A stretch of 59,832 nucleotides of DNA, filler included. It is 5 parts of 5 records of this genome, joined end to end, with 100 filler letters (N's around TTAATTAATTAA, not from the genome) between each part and the next. Parts side by side here need not be neighbours in the genome. Positions count along the whole stretch, not along the records: positions 1 to 16,002 come from DRR723986_7368; 4 more parts are not named here. One strand, given 5' to 3'. Below are positions 1 to 8,482 of the stretch, one piece after another. The position numbers and the translations under genes are program-made. The notes under the pieces are model-generated. The model worked only from the letters and a program-made list of their open reading frames with translations. It did not search any database and had not been told where the DNA came from. Position 1 is the stretch's first letter. Each line of letters starts with the position of its first letter.

Positions 1-1
1 G

Positions 2-253
2 TCGGCGTCCTACATGGACTACGCCATGCCCCGCGCCGATGATCTGCCCAGCTTCGACGTGCTGCATCATTCGACCACCTGCACAACCAATCCCCTGGGT
101 ATGAAAGGCTGTGGGGAGGCCGGGGCTATCGGAACGCCCCCTGCTGTCATCAATGCGATAACCGATGCGATCGGGAACAACGATCTCAGCATGCCGGCCA
201 CCCCGGCCAAGGTCTGGTCCGCGCTAAACAGCGCCAAAGTCGCCGCTGAATAA
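2..253 (+). CDS. coxL: Xanthine dehydrogenase/CO dehydrogenase-like molybdopterin large subunit, C-terminal fragment (5' truncated by window)
   Basis: [10 protein letters not shown]...[24 protein letters not shown] is the typical CoxL/XdhB-family C-terminus; followed by the FAD subunit. Confidence 0.85.
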   Translation, partial: SASYMDYAMPRADDLPSFDVLHHSTTCTTNPLGMKGCGEAGAIGTPPAVINAITDAIGNNDLSMPATPAKVWSALNSAKVAAE

Positions 254-264
254 GGGAGGTTACA

Positions 265-1062
265 ATGCATAGTACCAACTATCACGCTGCCACAACGGCA
301 GCAGAGGCCGCGAGCCTTCTGTCATCTGCCGAAGACGGGGCGCTGCTTGCTGGCGGTCAGACGCTGTTGCCCACGATGAAGGCACGACTTGCCGCGCCCT
401 CGGACCTCGTCGATATTTCGCGCGCGGAGGAGCTTCGCGGGATCTCAATAACCGACGGCGCAGCCATTATAGGAGCCATGACCACCCATGCAGAGGTGGC
501 AGGGCACGCAGCGTTGCGATCCGCCTTCCCCGCTCTTTGCGATCTGGCGGGCCGGATCGGTGACCCTGCGGTCCGTCATCGGGGCACCATCGGCGGCAGC
601 CTTGCCAATAACGACCCTGCGGCATGTTATCCGGCGGCGGTGCTTGGAACGGGGGCAATCATCTCGACCAACACGCGCGACATTGCGGCCGACGACTATT
701 TTCAGGGCCTGTTCGCTACGGCCCTTGATGCGGGCGAGGTCATCACCTCGGTCGCCTTCCCGATCCCGCGGTTCGCAGACTACCAGAAATTCGCACAGCC
801 TGCGTCGCGCTTCGCCCTGGTGGGCGTGTTCGTTGCGCAATTCGCGGAAGGCGTGCGCGTTGCCGTGACGGGGGCGTCCGAAGAGGGCGTATTCCGATGG
901 ACAGACGCCGAAACGTCATTGTCGTCTGATTTTACAGCAGATGCGATTGGCGGGCTGTCAGTCAGGTCGCAAGGGATGATCAGCGACCTGCATGGCGATG
1001 GAAGCTATCGCGCGAACCTGGTTCAGGTTCTGACAGCGCGTGCGGTTGCCGCCGCATCCTAA
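265..1062 (+). CDS. coxM: CoxM-like FAD-binding medium subunit
   Basis: LAGGQTLLP and VRHRGTIGGSLANNDPAA motifs; RBS GGGAGG. Confidence 0.88.
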   Translation: MHSTNYHAATTAAEAASLLSSAEDGALLAGGQTLLPTMKARLAAPSDLVDISRAEELRGISITDGAAIIGAMTTHAEVAGHAALRSAFPALCDLAGRIGDPAVRHRGTIGGSLANNDPAACYPAAVLGTGAIISTNTRDIAADDYFQGLFATALDAGEVITSVAFPIPRFADYQKFAQPASRFALVGVFVAQFAEGVRVAVTGASEEGVFRWTDAETSLSSDFTADAIGGLSVRSQGMISDLHGDGSYRANLVQVLTARAVAAAS

Positions 1063-1068
1063 CATATT

Positions 1069-1100
1069 GAAAGACCCGGAGCCTGCGCTCGGGGTCTTTC
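1069..1100 (+). terminator. Hairpin, probable terminator after coxM
   Basis: GAAAGACCC...GGGTCTTTC inverted repeat just after the stop. Confidence 0.55.
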
Positions 1101-1337
1101 CGCATGAATGCCGGTGATGAGTCAGGCCGATTTGGGCCTTTGAGAAATTCATCCGCATTCCGCCTCCACAAGCATCCAGAAGTCTCGAATGCGGCGAGCG
1201 GTCTGCCGGGCGCCGCTCAAATCCTTTGCCAGCATGGTAGAGGAAGAGCGGTTATGCGCAGTCGCAAAGCAACCTTTGCTTACGCTCGGCATCTAGCCCT
1301 GCGCACAGGTGGCGACGAGATTAATTCGAAACTCAAT

Positions 1338-1353
1338 TGGCACAAACGTTGCT
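1338..1353 (+). promoter_or_regulatory. Sigma-54 (-24/-12) promoter of the aco operon
   Basis: TGGCAC-AAACG-TTGCT, exact consensus and spacing, 28 bp before the acoX start. Confidence 0.88.
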
Positions 1354-1381
1354 TTCTCTCATTGAAAGGGAGGCATCACTC

Positions 1382-2425
1382 GTGACCAAAGTTGGCATCA
1401 TCGCAAATCCTGTCTCTGCCCGCGACATTCGCCGGATCGTCAGCCATGCAGGCAATCTTCCGATCAACGACCGGGCCAATATCGTGCTTCGGATGATGAC
1501 AGGGCTTATGGCGACGGGCGTTGAAGAAGTGGTAATCATGCCCGAGAATGGTGGGATCCGCACGCAGCTGATGCGCGTCATCGACCGCGAAAACCGCATG
1601 GGTCACGTTCGGTTTCCCCGTGTCAGCTATCTGGACATGCCGGTCACCTGCACCTCGGAGGATAGCGCGGAAGCCGCCCGCCAGATGCACGATCAGGGTG
1701 TCGGAGCGATCGTTGTTCTGGGCGGAGATGGGACCAATCGGGTGGTTGTGTCCAAATGCGGCAATACGCCGATTGTGGGCGTGTCCACCGGCACCAACAA
1801 CGCTTTTCCAGAGTTGCGCGAACCCACGATCACCGGACTGGCGGTCGGTCTGGCGGTAACGGGACAAGTGCCCTGCGAGCACGCCTTTGCCTACAACAAG
1901 CGGCTGGAAGTCCGCGTGAACGATCAGCGCGAGATCGCACTTGTCGATGTGGCCGTCGTTTCCGAGCGCTTCATCGGTGCCCGCGCCATCTGGAAGACGG
2001 CGAACTTCCGCGACCTGTTTGTCACCTTCGGCCGGCCTGACGGTATCGGCATGTCCTCCATCGTAGGACTTCTTGCACCGCTTGATCGGCAGGCTCCCGA
2101 GGGGCGAAGGGTACGACTTCTACCGCTTGAGACCGCAAACTTGCGTCTGACCGCCCCCATTGCGCCGGGCCTGATCGAAGAGGTCGGCATCGGGGCTGTC
2201 GAGAAGGTTGTTCCCAACGAGGTCTATCTGCCGAGCGTTTCCGCCGGGTCCTTTGCACTCGATGGGGAACGGGAACTGACCTTCAGCGAAATCGACGATG
2301 TCAGCATCCGGCTTCAGGCCGATGCGTTCCGCACCGTCAACGTGCCCGATTGCATGGCCTATGCGGCCAGGCACGGGCTTCTCACCCGCGCCGCGTCAGA
2401 GGCGCTGCGCACCGCTCAATCATAA
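1382..2425 (+). CDS. acoX: Acetoin catabolism protein X (ATP-NAD kinase-like)
   Basis: VGIIANPVSARDIRR, LGGDGT and STGTNN motifs; first gene before acoABC; GTG start after GGGAGG. Confidence 0.88.
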   Translation: MTKVGIIANPVSARDIRRIVSHAGNLPINDRANIVLRMMTGLMATGVEEVVIMPENGGIRTQLMRVIDRENRMGHVRFPRVSYLDMPVTCTSEDSAEAARQMHDQGVGAIVVLGGDGTNRVVVSKCGNTPIVGVSTGTNNAFPELREPTITGLAVGLAVTGQVPCEHAFAYNKRLEVRVNDQREIALVDVAVVSERFIGARAIWKTANFRDLFVTFGRPDGIGMSSIVGLLAPLDRQAPEGRRVRLLPLETANLRLTAPIAPGLIEEVGIGAVEKVVPNEVYLPSVSAGSFALDGERELTFSEIDDVSIRLQADAFRTVNVPDCMAYAARHGLLTRAASEALRTAQS

Positions 2426-2436
2426 GGGAGGACCTC

Positions 2437-3417
2437 ATGAGCAACCCGTTCCCACTGGAAAAAGACGGGCTTCTGGAAGCCTATCGCCGGATGAAGACGA
2501 TCCGGGAATTCGAAGAGCGTCTGCATGTCGATTTCGGCCGCGGCGATATCCCCGGTTTCGTGCATCTTTATGCGGGTGAAGAGGCCGCGGGCGTCGGCAT
2601 CATGATGCATTTGCAGGATCATGACCGCATCGCCTCGACCCACCGGGGCCACGGCCATTGCATCGCAAAGGGCGTGGATGTGAAAGGAATGATGGCCGAG
2701 ATCTACGGCAAGGCCACCGGTTCCTGCGCGGGCAAGGGCGGGTCGATGCATATCGCCGACCTGTCCAAAGGCATGATGGGCGCCAACGGCATCCTCGGTG
2801 CAGGCGCGCCGCTGGTCTGCGGGGCCGCGCTGGCGGCGCAGAAGCTGGGCCATGACGGTGTGGGCATCACCTTCTTCGGCGACGGTGCCTCTAACCAGGG
2901 GACGGTTCTGGAATCGATGAACCTGGCCGCGATCTGGAACCTGCCGGCGATCTTCGTGGTGGAAAACAACGGCTACGCGGAATCGACCTCCGTTGACTAC
3001 GCCGTTGCGTCTGACAGCTATGTCGACCGTGCGACCGGTTTCGGCATGCCGGGCATCACCGTGGACGGCACCGATTTCTTCGCCGTCTACGAAGCGGCGG
3101 GCGAGGTCGTGAAGCGTGCGCGCGAAGGCGGCGGGCCGACCCTTCTGGAATGCAAGATGATCCGCTTCTTCGGCCATTTCGAAGGCGATGCCCAGACCTA
3201 CCGTGCTCCAGGTGAGAACGAGGACAATCGCAAGAACCGCGACTGTCTCAAGATCTTCCGTGCCAAGGTGACCGAAGCGGGCGTCCTGACCGATGCTGAA
3301 CTCGACGCCGTCGACGCCCAGGTCATGACCCTGATCGAGGACGCGGTGACCGAGGCCAAGGCCGCCCCGCTGCCTACCCCCACCGAACTTACCACCGATG
3401 TGTACGTGTCCTACTGA
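2437..3417 (+). CDS. acoA: Acetoin dehydrogenase E1 alpha (TPP-dependent)
   Basis: GFVHLYAGEEA, STHRGHGH, TPP motif GDGA...NN, GHFEGD; ATG after GGGAGG. Confidence 0.93.
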   Translation: MSNPFPLEKDGLLEAYRRMKTIREFEERLHVDFGRGDIPGFVHLYAGEEAAGVGIMMHLQDHDRIASTHRGHGHCIAKGVDVKGMMAEIYGKATGSCAGKGGSMHIADLSKGMMGANGILGAGAPLVCGAALAAQKLGHDGVGITFFGDGASNQGTVLESMNLAAIWNLPAIFVVENNGYAESTSVDYAVASDSYVDRATGFGMPGITVDGTDFFAVYEAAGEVVKRAREGGGPTLLECKMIRFFGHFEGDAQTYRAPGENEDNRKNRDCLKIFRAKVTEAGVLTDAELDAVDAQVMTLIEDAVTEAKAAPLPTPTELTTDVYVSY

Positions 3418-3446
3418 CACGCGCTGACAAGGAAAGGAGATAGAAA

Positions 3447-4454
3447 ATGGCACGTACATTGAGCATGAAAGACGCGATCAACGAGGCTCTGGATCAGGAA
3501 ATGAGCCGGGATCCGACCGTGATCATGATGGGCGAAGACATCGTCGGCGGAGCCGGATCGCCTGGTGAAGAGGACGCTTGGGGCGGTGTGCTCGGGGTGT
3601 CCAAAGGCCTCTATGCCAAGCATCCCAAGCAGATGATCGACACGCCATTGTCGGAAAGCGCCTATGTCGGCGCGGCCATCGGGGCCGCGACCTGCGGGCT
3701 TCGCCCGGTGGCGGAACTGATGTTCATCGACTTCATGGGCGTCTGCCTCGATCAGATCTACAACCAGGCGGCCAAGTTCCGCTACATGTTTGGCGGCAAG
3801 GCCGAAACACCGGTCGTGATCCGGGCGATGTGCGGCGCGGGTTTCCGTGCAGCGGCCCAGCACAGCCAGATGCTGACGCCCATCTTCACCCATATCCCGG
3901 GCCTGAAGGTGGTCTGTCCCTCGAACGCCTATGACACCAAGGGCCTTCTGATCCAGGCGATCCGCGACAACGATCCGGTGATCTTCCTCGAGCACAAGAA
4001 CCTCTACGCATCTGAATGCGATGTGCCTGAAGAGCCTTATGCCATCCCGTTCGGAGAAGCGAACATCGCCCGCGAGGGCAGCGATGTGACCATCGTAACA
4101 TACGGCCTGATGGTGCCCAATTCGCTGGCCGCCGCCGAGACGCTCAAGAAGGAAGGTATCGATGTCGAGGTGATCGACCTGCGTACCCTCAGCCCTATCG
4201 ACATGGATACCGTGATTGAAAGCGTCGAGAATACCGGCAGGCTGGTCTGCGTCGACGAGGCAAACCCGCGCTGTTCCATCGCCACCGATATCTCGGCCAA
4301 CGTGGCGCAGGATGCATTTGGGGCGCTGAAAGCGCCAATCGAGATGGTGACCGCGCCGCATGCACCGGTTCCGTTCTCACCTGCACTCGAAGATCTCTAC
4401 ATCCCGTCGGCCGACCGGATCGCCGCCGCCGTGCGCAAGACCATGGGGGCTTGA
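3447..4454 (+). CDS. acoB: Acetoin dehydrogenase E1 beta
   Basis: DAWGGVLGV, DTPLSES, AAAQHSQ, PVPFSPALE motifs. Confidence 0.93.
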   Translation: MARTLSMKDAINEALDQEMSRDPTVIMMGEDIVGGAGSPGEEDAWGGVLGVSKGLYAKHPKQMIDTPLSESAYVGAAIGAATCGLRPVAELMFIDFMGVCLDQIYNQAAKFRYMFGGKAETPVVIRAMCGAGFRAAAQHSQMLTPIFTHIPGLKVVCPSNAYDTKGLLIQAIRDNDPVIFLEHKNLYASECDVPEEPYAIPFGEANIAREGSDVTIVTYGLMVPNSLAAAETLKKEGIDVEVIDLRTLSPIDMDTVIESVENTGRLVCVDEANPRCSIATDISANVAQDAFGALKAPIEMVTAPHAPVPFSPALEDLYIPSADRIAAAVRKTMGA

Positions 4455-4460
4455 GGACCG

Positions 4461-5564
4461 ATGAGCGATCAAATCGTACCAATCCTGATGCCGAAATGGG
4501 GCCTCTCGATGAAACAGGGCACGCTTGCGGCCTGGCATGTAGAGGAAGGAACCGAAATCAAACCCGGCGACGAGATCATGGATGTCGAAACCGATAAGAT
4601 CGCAAACGTCGTGGAGGCCGCCGACGGTGGCCTTCTGCGCAGATGCGTCGGGACAGCCGGAGAGGTATACCCGGTTCAGGCTCTTTTGGGTGTCCTGGCG
4701 CCGGCGTCGGTCTCGGATTCCGAGATCGACGCCTACATCGGCGCGTTCGAGATGCCTGAGGTCGAGGAGGACGAAGAGCAAGCCCCGACGCACGAGATCG
4801 CCGAGCTTGCGGTGGGTCGCATCCGCTATGCGTCGCGTGACGGGGACGGCACGCCCGTGATCTTGATCCATGGCTTTGGAGGGGACAGCGACAACTGGCT
4901 CTTCAACATCGACGCGATCGCGACCGTTGCTCCCGTGTACGCGCTGGATCTGCCGGGCCATGGCGGGTCGGTCAAGACCACCGACGATCCGGACCTCGGT
5001 ACGATGGTCAGCGCTGTGGTGCAATTCATGGACCATCTGTATATCGACAAGGCGCATCTGGTTGGCCATTCCATGGGCGGCCTCGTTTCCGGACAGACGG
5101 CCCTAGATCACGGGGGGCGTGTGGCCTCGCTGACCCTGATCTGTTCTGCCGGTCTGGGGGAAGAGATCAATTCGGACTACATCGACGGCTTCGTGTCTGC
5201 AAGCAGCCGCAAAGACCTGAAACCCACTCTGAAGCATCTGTTCGCGGATCAAAGCCTGGTGAGCCGTGGAATGGTGGACGATCTGCTGAAATACAAGCGG
5301 TTGGACGGAGTGCAGGCGTTTCTCGGGCTCCTCAAGGACAACCTGTTTGCAGATGGCAGGCAGGCCGTGAACATCGCCTCTGGCCTCAGTGACTTGGATA
5401 TCCCCATTCAGGTTATCTGGGGCGAAGACGATGCAGTTATCCCGCAATCCCACGCCAATGTCATCACTGGTGCGACGACAACCGTCATCTCTGGTGCCGG
5501 TCACATGGTGCAGATGGAAAACGCGTCTCGGGTCAATGAGCTGATTCAGCAACTCCAGCAATAG
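4461..5564 (+). CDS. acoC: AcoC: lipoyl domain fused to alpha/beta-hydrolase-fold acetyltransferase
   Basis: MPKWGLSM...ETDKI lipoyl lysine; HGFGG, GHSMGG nucleophile elbow, GAGHM. Confidence 0.9.
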   Translation: MSDQIVPILMPKWGLSMKQGTLAAWHVEEGTEIKPGDEIMDVETDKIANVVEAADGGLLRRCVGTAGEVYPVQALLGVLAPASVSDSEIDAYIGAFEMPEVEEDEEQAPTHEIAELAVGRIRYASRDGDGTPVILIHGFGGDSDNWLFNIDAIATVAPVYALDLPGHGGSVKTTDDPDLGTMVSAVVQFMDHLYIDKAHLVGHSMGGLVSGQTALDHGGRVASLTLICSAGLGEEINSDYIDGFVSASSRKDLKPTLKHLFADQSLVSRGMVDDLLKYKRLDGVQAFLGLLKDNLFADGRQAVNIASGLSDLDIPIQVIWGEDDAVIPQSHANVITGATTTVISGAGHMVQMENASRVNELIQQLQQ

Positions 5565-5631
5565 CTCTGACCCGTGCCCAGCCCGCCCGGTCTTCTCCCC
5601 GCCGGGCGGGTCAACCCCTTGGAAAGATCAC

Positions 5632-5964
5632 ATGACGACACATACGGAAAAGCTGGCAGCGGCCAACAAGAGACTGATGGGCCTGTTCAAGGCAGATCAG
5701 AAAACAATGCTGGCCTTCAAAGGGCTCAGCGATACGGCGGTGCGGGAAGGCAATATCTCCTCTGCCATGAAGGAAATCATCGCGGTTGCCATCGCTGCAG
5801 CCCGAGGCTGCGAGGATTGCATCCTCTATCACGTTAACGAAGCGAAAACCCATGGCGCCGACCGGGACACGCTGGTCGAGGTGCTTGCCGTGACCATCGA
5901 AATGTCGGGCGGTCCCGGAACGGTCTACGCAGCAAAAGCACTCGACGCCTTTGATAACCTTTGA
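5632..5964 (+). CDS. Carboxymuconolactone decarboxylase/AhpD-like protein with CxxC
   Basis: KEIIAVAIAAARGCEDCILYH matches the AhpD core E...CxxC...H. Confidence 0.85.
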   Translation: MTTHTEKLAAANKRLMGLFKADQKTMLAFKGLSDTAVREGNISSAMKEIIAVAIAAARGCEDCILYHVNEAKTHGADRDTLVEVLAVTIEMSGGPGTVYAAKALDAFDNL

Positions 5965-5992
5965 AGACATCCAACAATTCAGAGAGGTTCCG

Positions 5993-6472
5993 ATGGAAAC
6001 TGGATATAGGATCCCATCTACGCCCGTGCAGCAACTTGTCGACGGTGAAATCCGACAAGTGGATCTGGCTTCGTTTTCGGCCGGGAAAACTATCGTGCTG
6101 GTCGCCGTGCCGGGGGCCTTTACCCCGACATGTTCCGATGATCATGTGCCTGGCTATATCAAGGGTGTGAAAGCTTTCCGGGATGCCGGCGTCGACGAGA
6201 TTGTCGTTCTGGCCACCAGCGATTTCTTCGTCGTAAAAGCCTGGGCCGACCAGTTGAACCCGCCGCAGCATCTGCACTTCATGGCCGATGGTAGCCAGAT
6301 CTTCACCAAGGAGGCCGATCAGATGCTGGACCTGACAGAGCTTGGTCTAGGGCTTCGGACGCAACGCTATGCTGCCGTCATTCGAGATGGCTTTGTGATA
6401 AGCTGTGCGATTGAGCCCGATGCCACCGCGGTGTCCGTTTCGGGGGCGGAGGCCATTTTGGCCAGCCTGTGA
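5993..6472 (+). CDS. Peroxiredoxin, Prx5 subfamily
   Basis: VPGAFTPTCS peroxidatic motif, ADG, LGLRTQRYA; ATG after GAGAGG. Confidence 0.88.
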   Translation: METGYRIPSTPVQQLVDGEIRQVDLASFSAGKTIVLVAVPGAFTPTCSDDHVPGYIKGVKAFRDAGVDEIVVLATSDFFVVKAWADQLNPPQHLHFMADGSQIFTKEADQMLDLTELGLGLRTQRYAAVIRDGFVISCAIEPDATAVSVSGAEAILASL

Positions 6473-6643
6473 CACTTGAGATACCAACTAGATACATGAA
6501 GTCGCGAGCAAGGTTTCGCGGCTTCTTGGCTTTCAGAACGATCAAAATGATTAGGATTCATAAGTGAAAATGGTTAAAAACATGACAATCTGAGAGAGAG
6601 CTGAAGCCCTCGGGATGTTCATCGCTTTGGGAGGAGCGGAGAA

Positions 6644-8374
6644 ATGGATCAAACGCGCGCGTTCGAACAACACGTTCGGGAAATCGTCAACGCATCGGAA
6701 GGCAAACAAACGTCGCGCGATGCCGTTGTCATTGAATCCTGGCTGCGCTGCCTGAACGAGCACAAACTTGACCCGGAGCACAAGGGGGAGGCGCGCATTC
6801 TTCCTGAGAACACGCTGCGCCATCATCAGCAAGAAGCCGAGGACCTGCTGTCAATTGCCCGGTTTGGAATGGAAGACCTCTACCGAAGGGTCAATTCCAT
6901 GGGATATGTCCTGCTTCTGACCGATGCAAAGGGAGTGACGGTTGATTTCATCGGAGATGAAAAAGTTGACCGGGAACTGAAGCGGGCTGGGCTGTATATT
7001 GGTTCAGAATGGTCAGAGGAAAACGCAGGCACCTGCGGGGTTGGGGCGTGTCTTACGTCGGGTGAAGCCCTGACAATCCACCAAGCTGATCACTTCGACA
7101 TGGCCCACACGCCACTCAGTTGCACGGCGGCACCTATTTACCATTCTGATGGCACTCTGATCGGCGTACTTGACGTATCCCTGTTGATGTCGCCAGCCGA
7201 AAAATATTCTCAGGCGCTGACGCTGGAAGTGGTCAAGTCTTGTGTGCGCCGTATCGAGTTGGCAAACTTGATGAATTCGCGCAAGTCCGATTGGATTCTC
7301 AGGTTGAACCGGACGTCGGAGTTCCTTGGCGTTGACCCGAATTGCGCGGTATCGGTCGGTGCAGACGGGACGATTTCCGGTTTGACACACGGGGCGCACC
7401 AGCTATTTGCGGACACGCTTGGGCAACACTGGAAGAGCGCACAAAGGTTTGTCGGCAAGCCGTTCGAAGATGTGTTTGATTTCGATTTCAACGACATTCC
7501 GTCCCTTCTGGGGGCAGATTCGCCCGGTGAACATGCGCTCGAGATGGCGGACGGACAGATCATGTTTGCCGATGTGCGCGCGCCGGTGCGGCCCGAGCCG
7601 AGGGCGTCGCGCCCGCTTCTGCCGGAAGCTCTTGCGCGTATTCATGGCGGTGATCGACGTATGCAAGAGTTGGCCGGGAAGGCCGCCCGCATCGTGGATA
7701 AGCAGATCAGCATCATTCTCCAAGGCGAGACCGGCGTTGGCAAGGAATTCGTTGCCAAAGCTTTGCATGAAGCACGCAAGAAAAAGGGGCCGTTTGTTGC
7801 GATCAACTGCGCTGCGCTGCCCGAGGCGCTGATCGAAAGTGAACTGTTCGGCTATGCGCCCAATTCCTTTACCGGGGCGAACACCAAAGGGAAGAAGGGT
7901 CTGATCGAGCAAGCCAATGGCGGCACGCTGTTCCTGGACGAAATAGGGGACATGCCGCTTGCTCTCCAGGCGCGACTGTTGCGGGTTCTGTCGGAAAAGG
8001 AGGTGATGGCCGTCGGTGCGAGCAAACCTGTTCCGGTTGACATCCGCGTCGTCTCAGCCTCTCACCGGAATCTTAAGGCTCTTGTTGATGCGGGACAGTT
8101 CCGACAGGACCTTTACTATCGCCTGAACGGCGTCGTTTTGCAGATTCCCGCGTTACGCGATCGTGAAGACAAGGCATGGATCATCCGGCAGATCGGCGGC
8201 GTGGTGTCGCCTGACGGGCCATTGAGGTTTGCGAAGGAAGCCGAGGAAGCGCTGGCGGCTTACCATTGGCCCGGCAACGTCCGTGAAATGATCAACGTCT
8301 TCGAGCTTTGCGTCGCGTTGTGCGATGGCGGAATGGTCGAAGTAACTGATTTGCCTGAATATATAAGCTCATAA
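6644..8374 (+). CDS. acoR: AcoR-type sigma-54 enhancer-binding protein (GAF + AAA+), no C-terminal HTH
   Basis: N-terminal GAF (SWLRC, WSEENAGT, CTAAPI); GETGVGKE, ESELFG, NSFTGA, FLDEIGDM, WPGNVRE; ends at DLPEYISS. Confidence 0.88.
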   Translation: MDQTRAFEQHVREIVNASEGKQTSRDAVVIESWLRCLNEHKLDPEHKGEARILPENTLRHHQQEAEDLLSIARFGMEDLYRRVNSMGYVLLLTDAKGVTVDFIGDEKVDRELKRAGLYIGSEWSEENAGTCGVGACLTSGEALTIHQADHFDMAHTPLSCTAAPIYHSDGTLIGVLDVSLLMSPAEKYSQALTLEVVKSCVRRIELANLMNSRKSDWILRLNRTSEFLGVDPNCAVSVGADGTISGLTHGAHQLFADTLGQHWKSAQRFVGKPFEDVFDFDFNDIPSLLGADSPGEHALEMADGQIMFADVRAPVRPEPRASRPLLPEALARIHGGDRRMQELAGKAARIVDKQISIILQGETGVGKEFVAKALHEARKKKGPFVAINCAALPEALIESELFGYAPNSFTGANTKGKKGLIEQANGGTLFLDEIGDMPLALQARLLRVLSEKEVMAVGASKPVPVDIRVVSASHRNLKALVDAGQFRQDLYYRLNGVVLQIPALRDREDKAWIIRQIGGVVSPDGPLRFAKEAEEALAAYHWPGNVREMINVFELCVALCDGGMVEVTDLPEYISS

Positions 8375-8418
8375 GGAAGCGGGGCGAAAGCAATAATATT
8401 GCGCCAGCCCCGAGTCAT

Positions 8419-8434
8419 TGGCACATTCGTTGCT
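8419..8434 (+). promoter_or_regulatory. Sigma-54 promoter of the ABC transporter operon
   Basis: TGGCAC-ATTCG-TTGCT, 14/16 identical to the aco promoter. Confidence 0.85.
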
Positions 8435-8482
8435 TATCCTCCTTTGACTGCAATCGTGAAAGTCAAAAAAGGGAGGAAGACT

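Noticed and set aside
4461-5564. AcoC with a hydrolase fold instead of the classical E2 catalytic domain
   Set aside because: Already known for proteobacterial AcoC proteins; not novel on its own
5581-5611. GC hairpin between acoC and the CMD gene as a terminator
   Set aside because: No U-tract; more like an intra-operon stability element, as after the SBP gene (about 10139-10164), though read-through is untested
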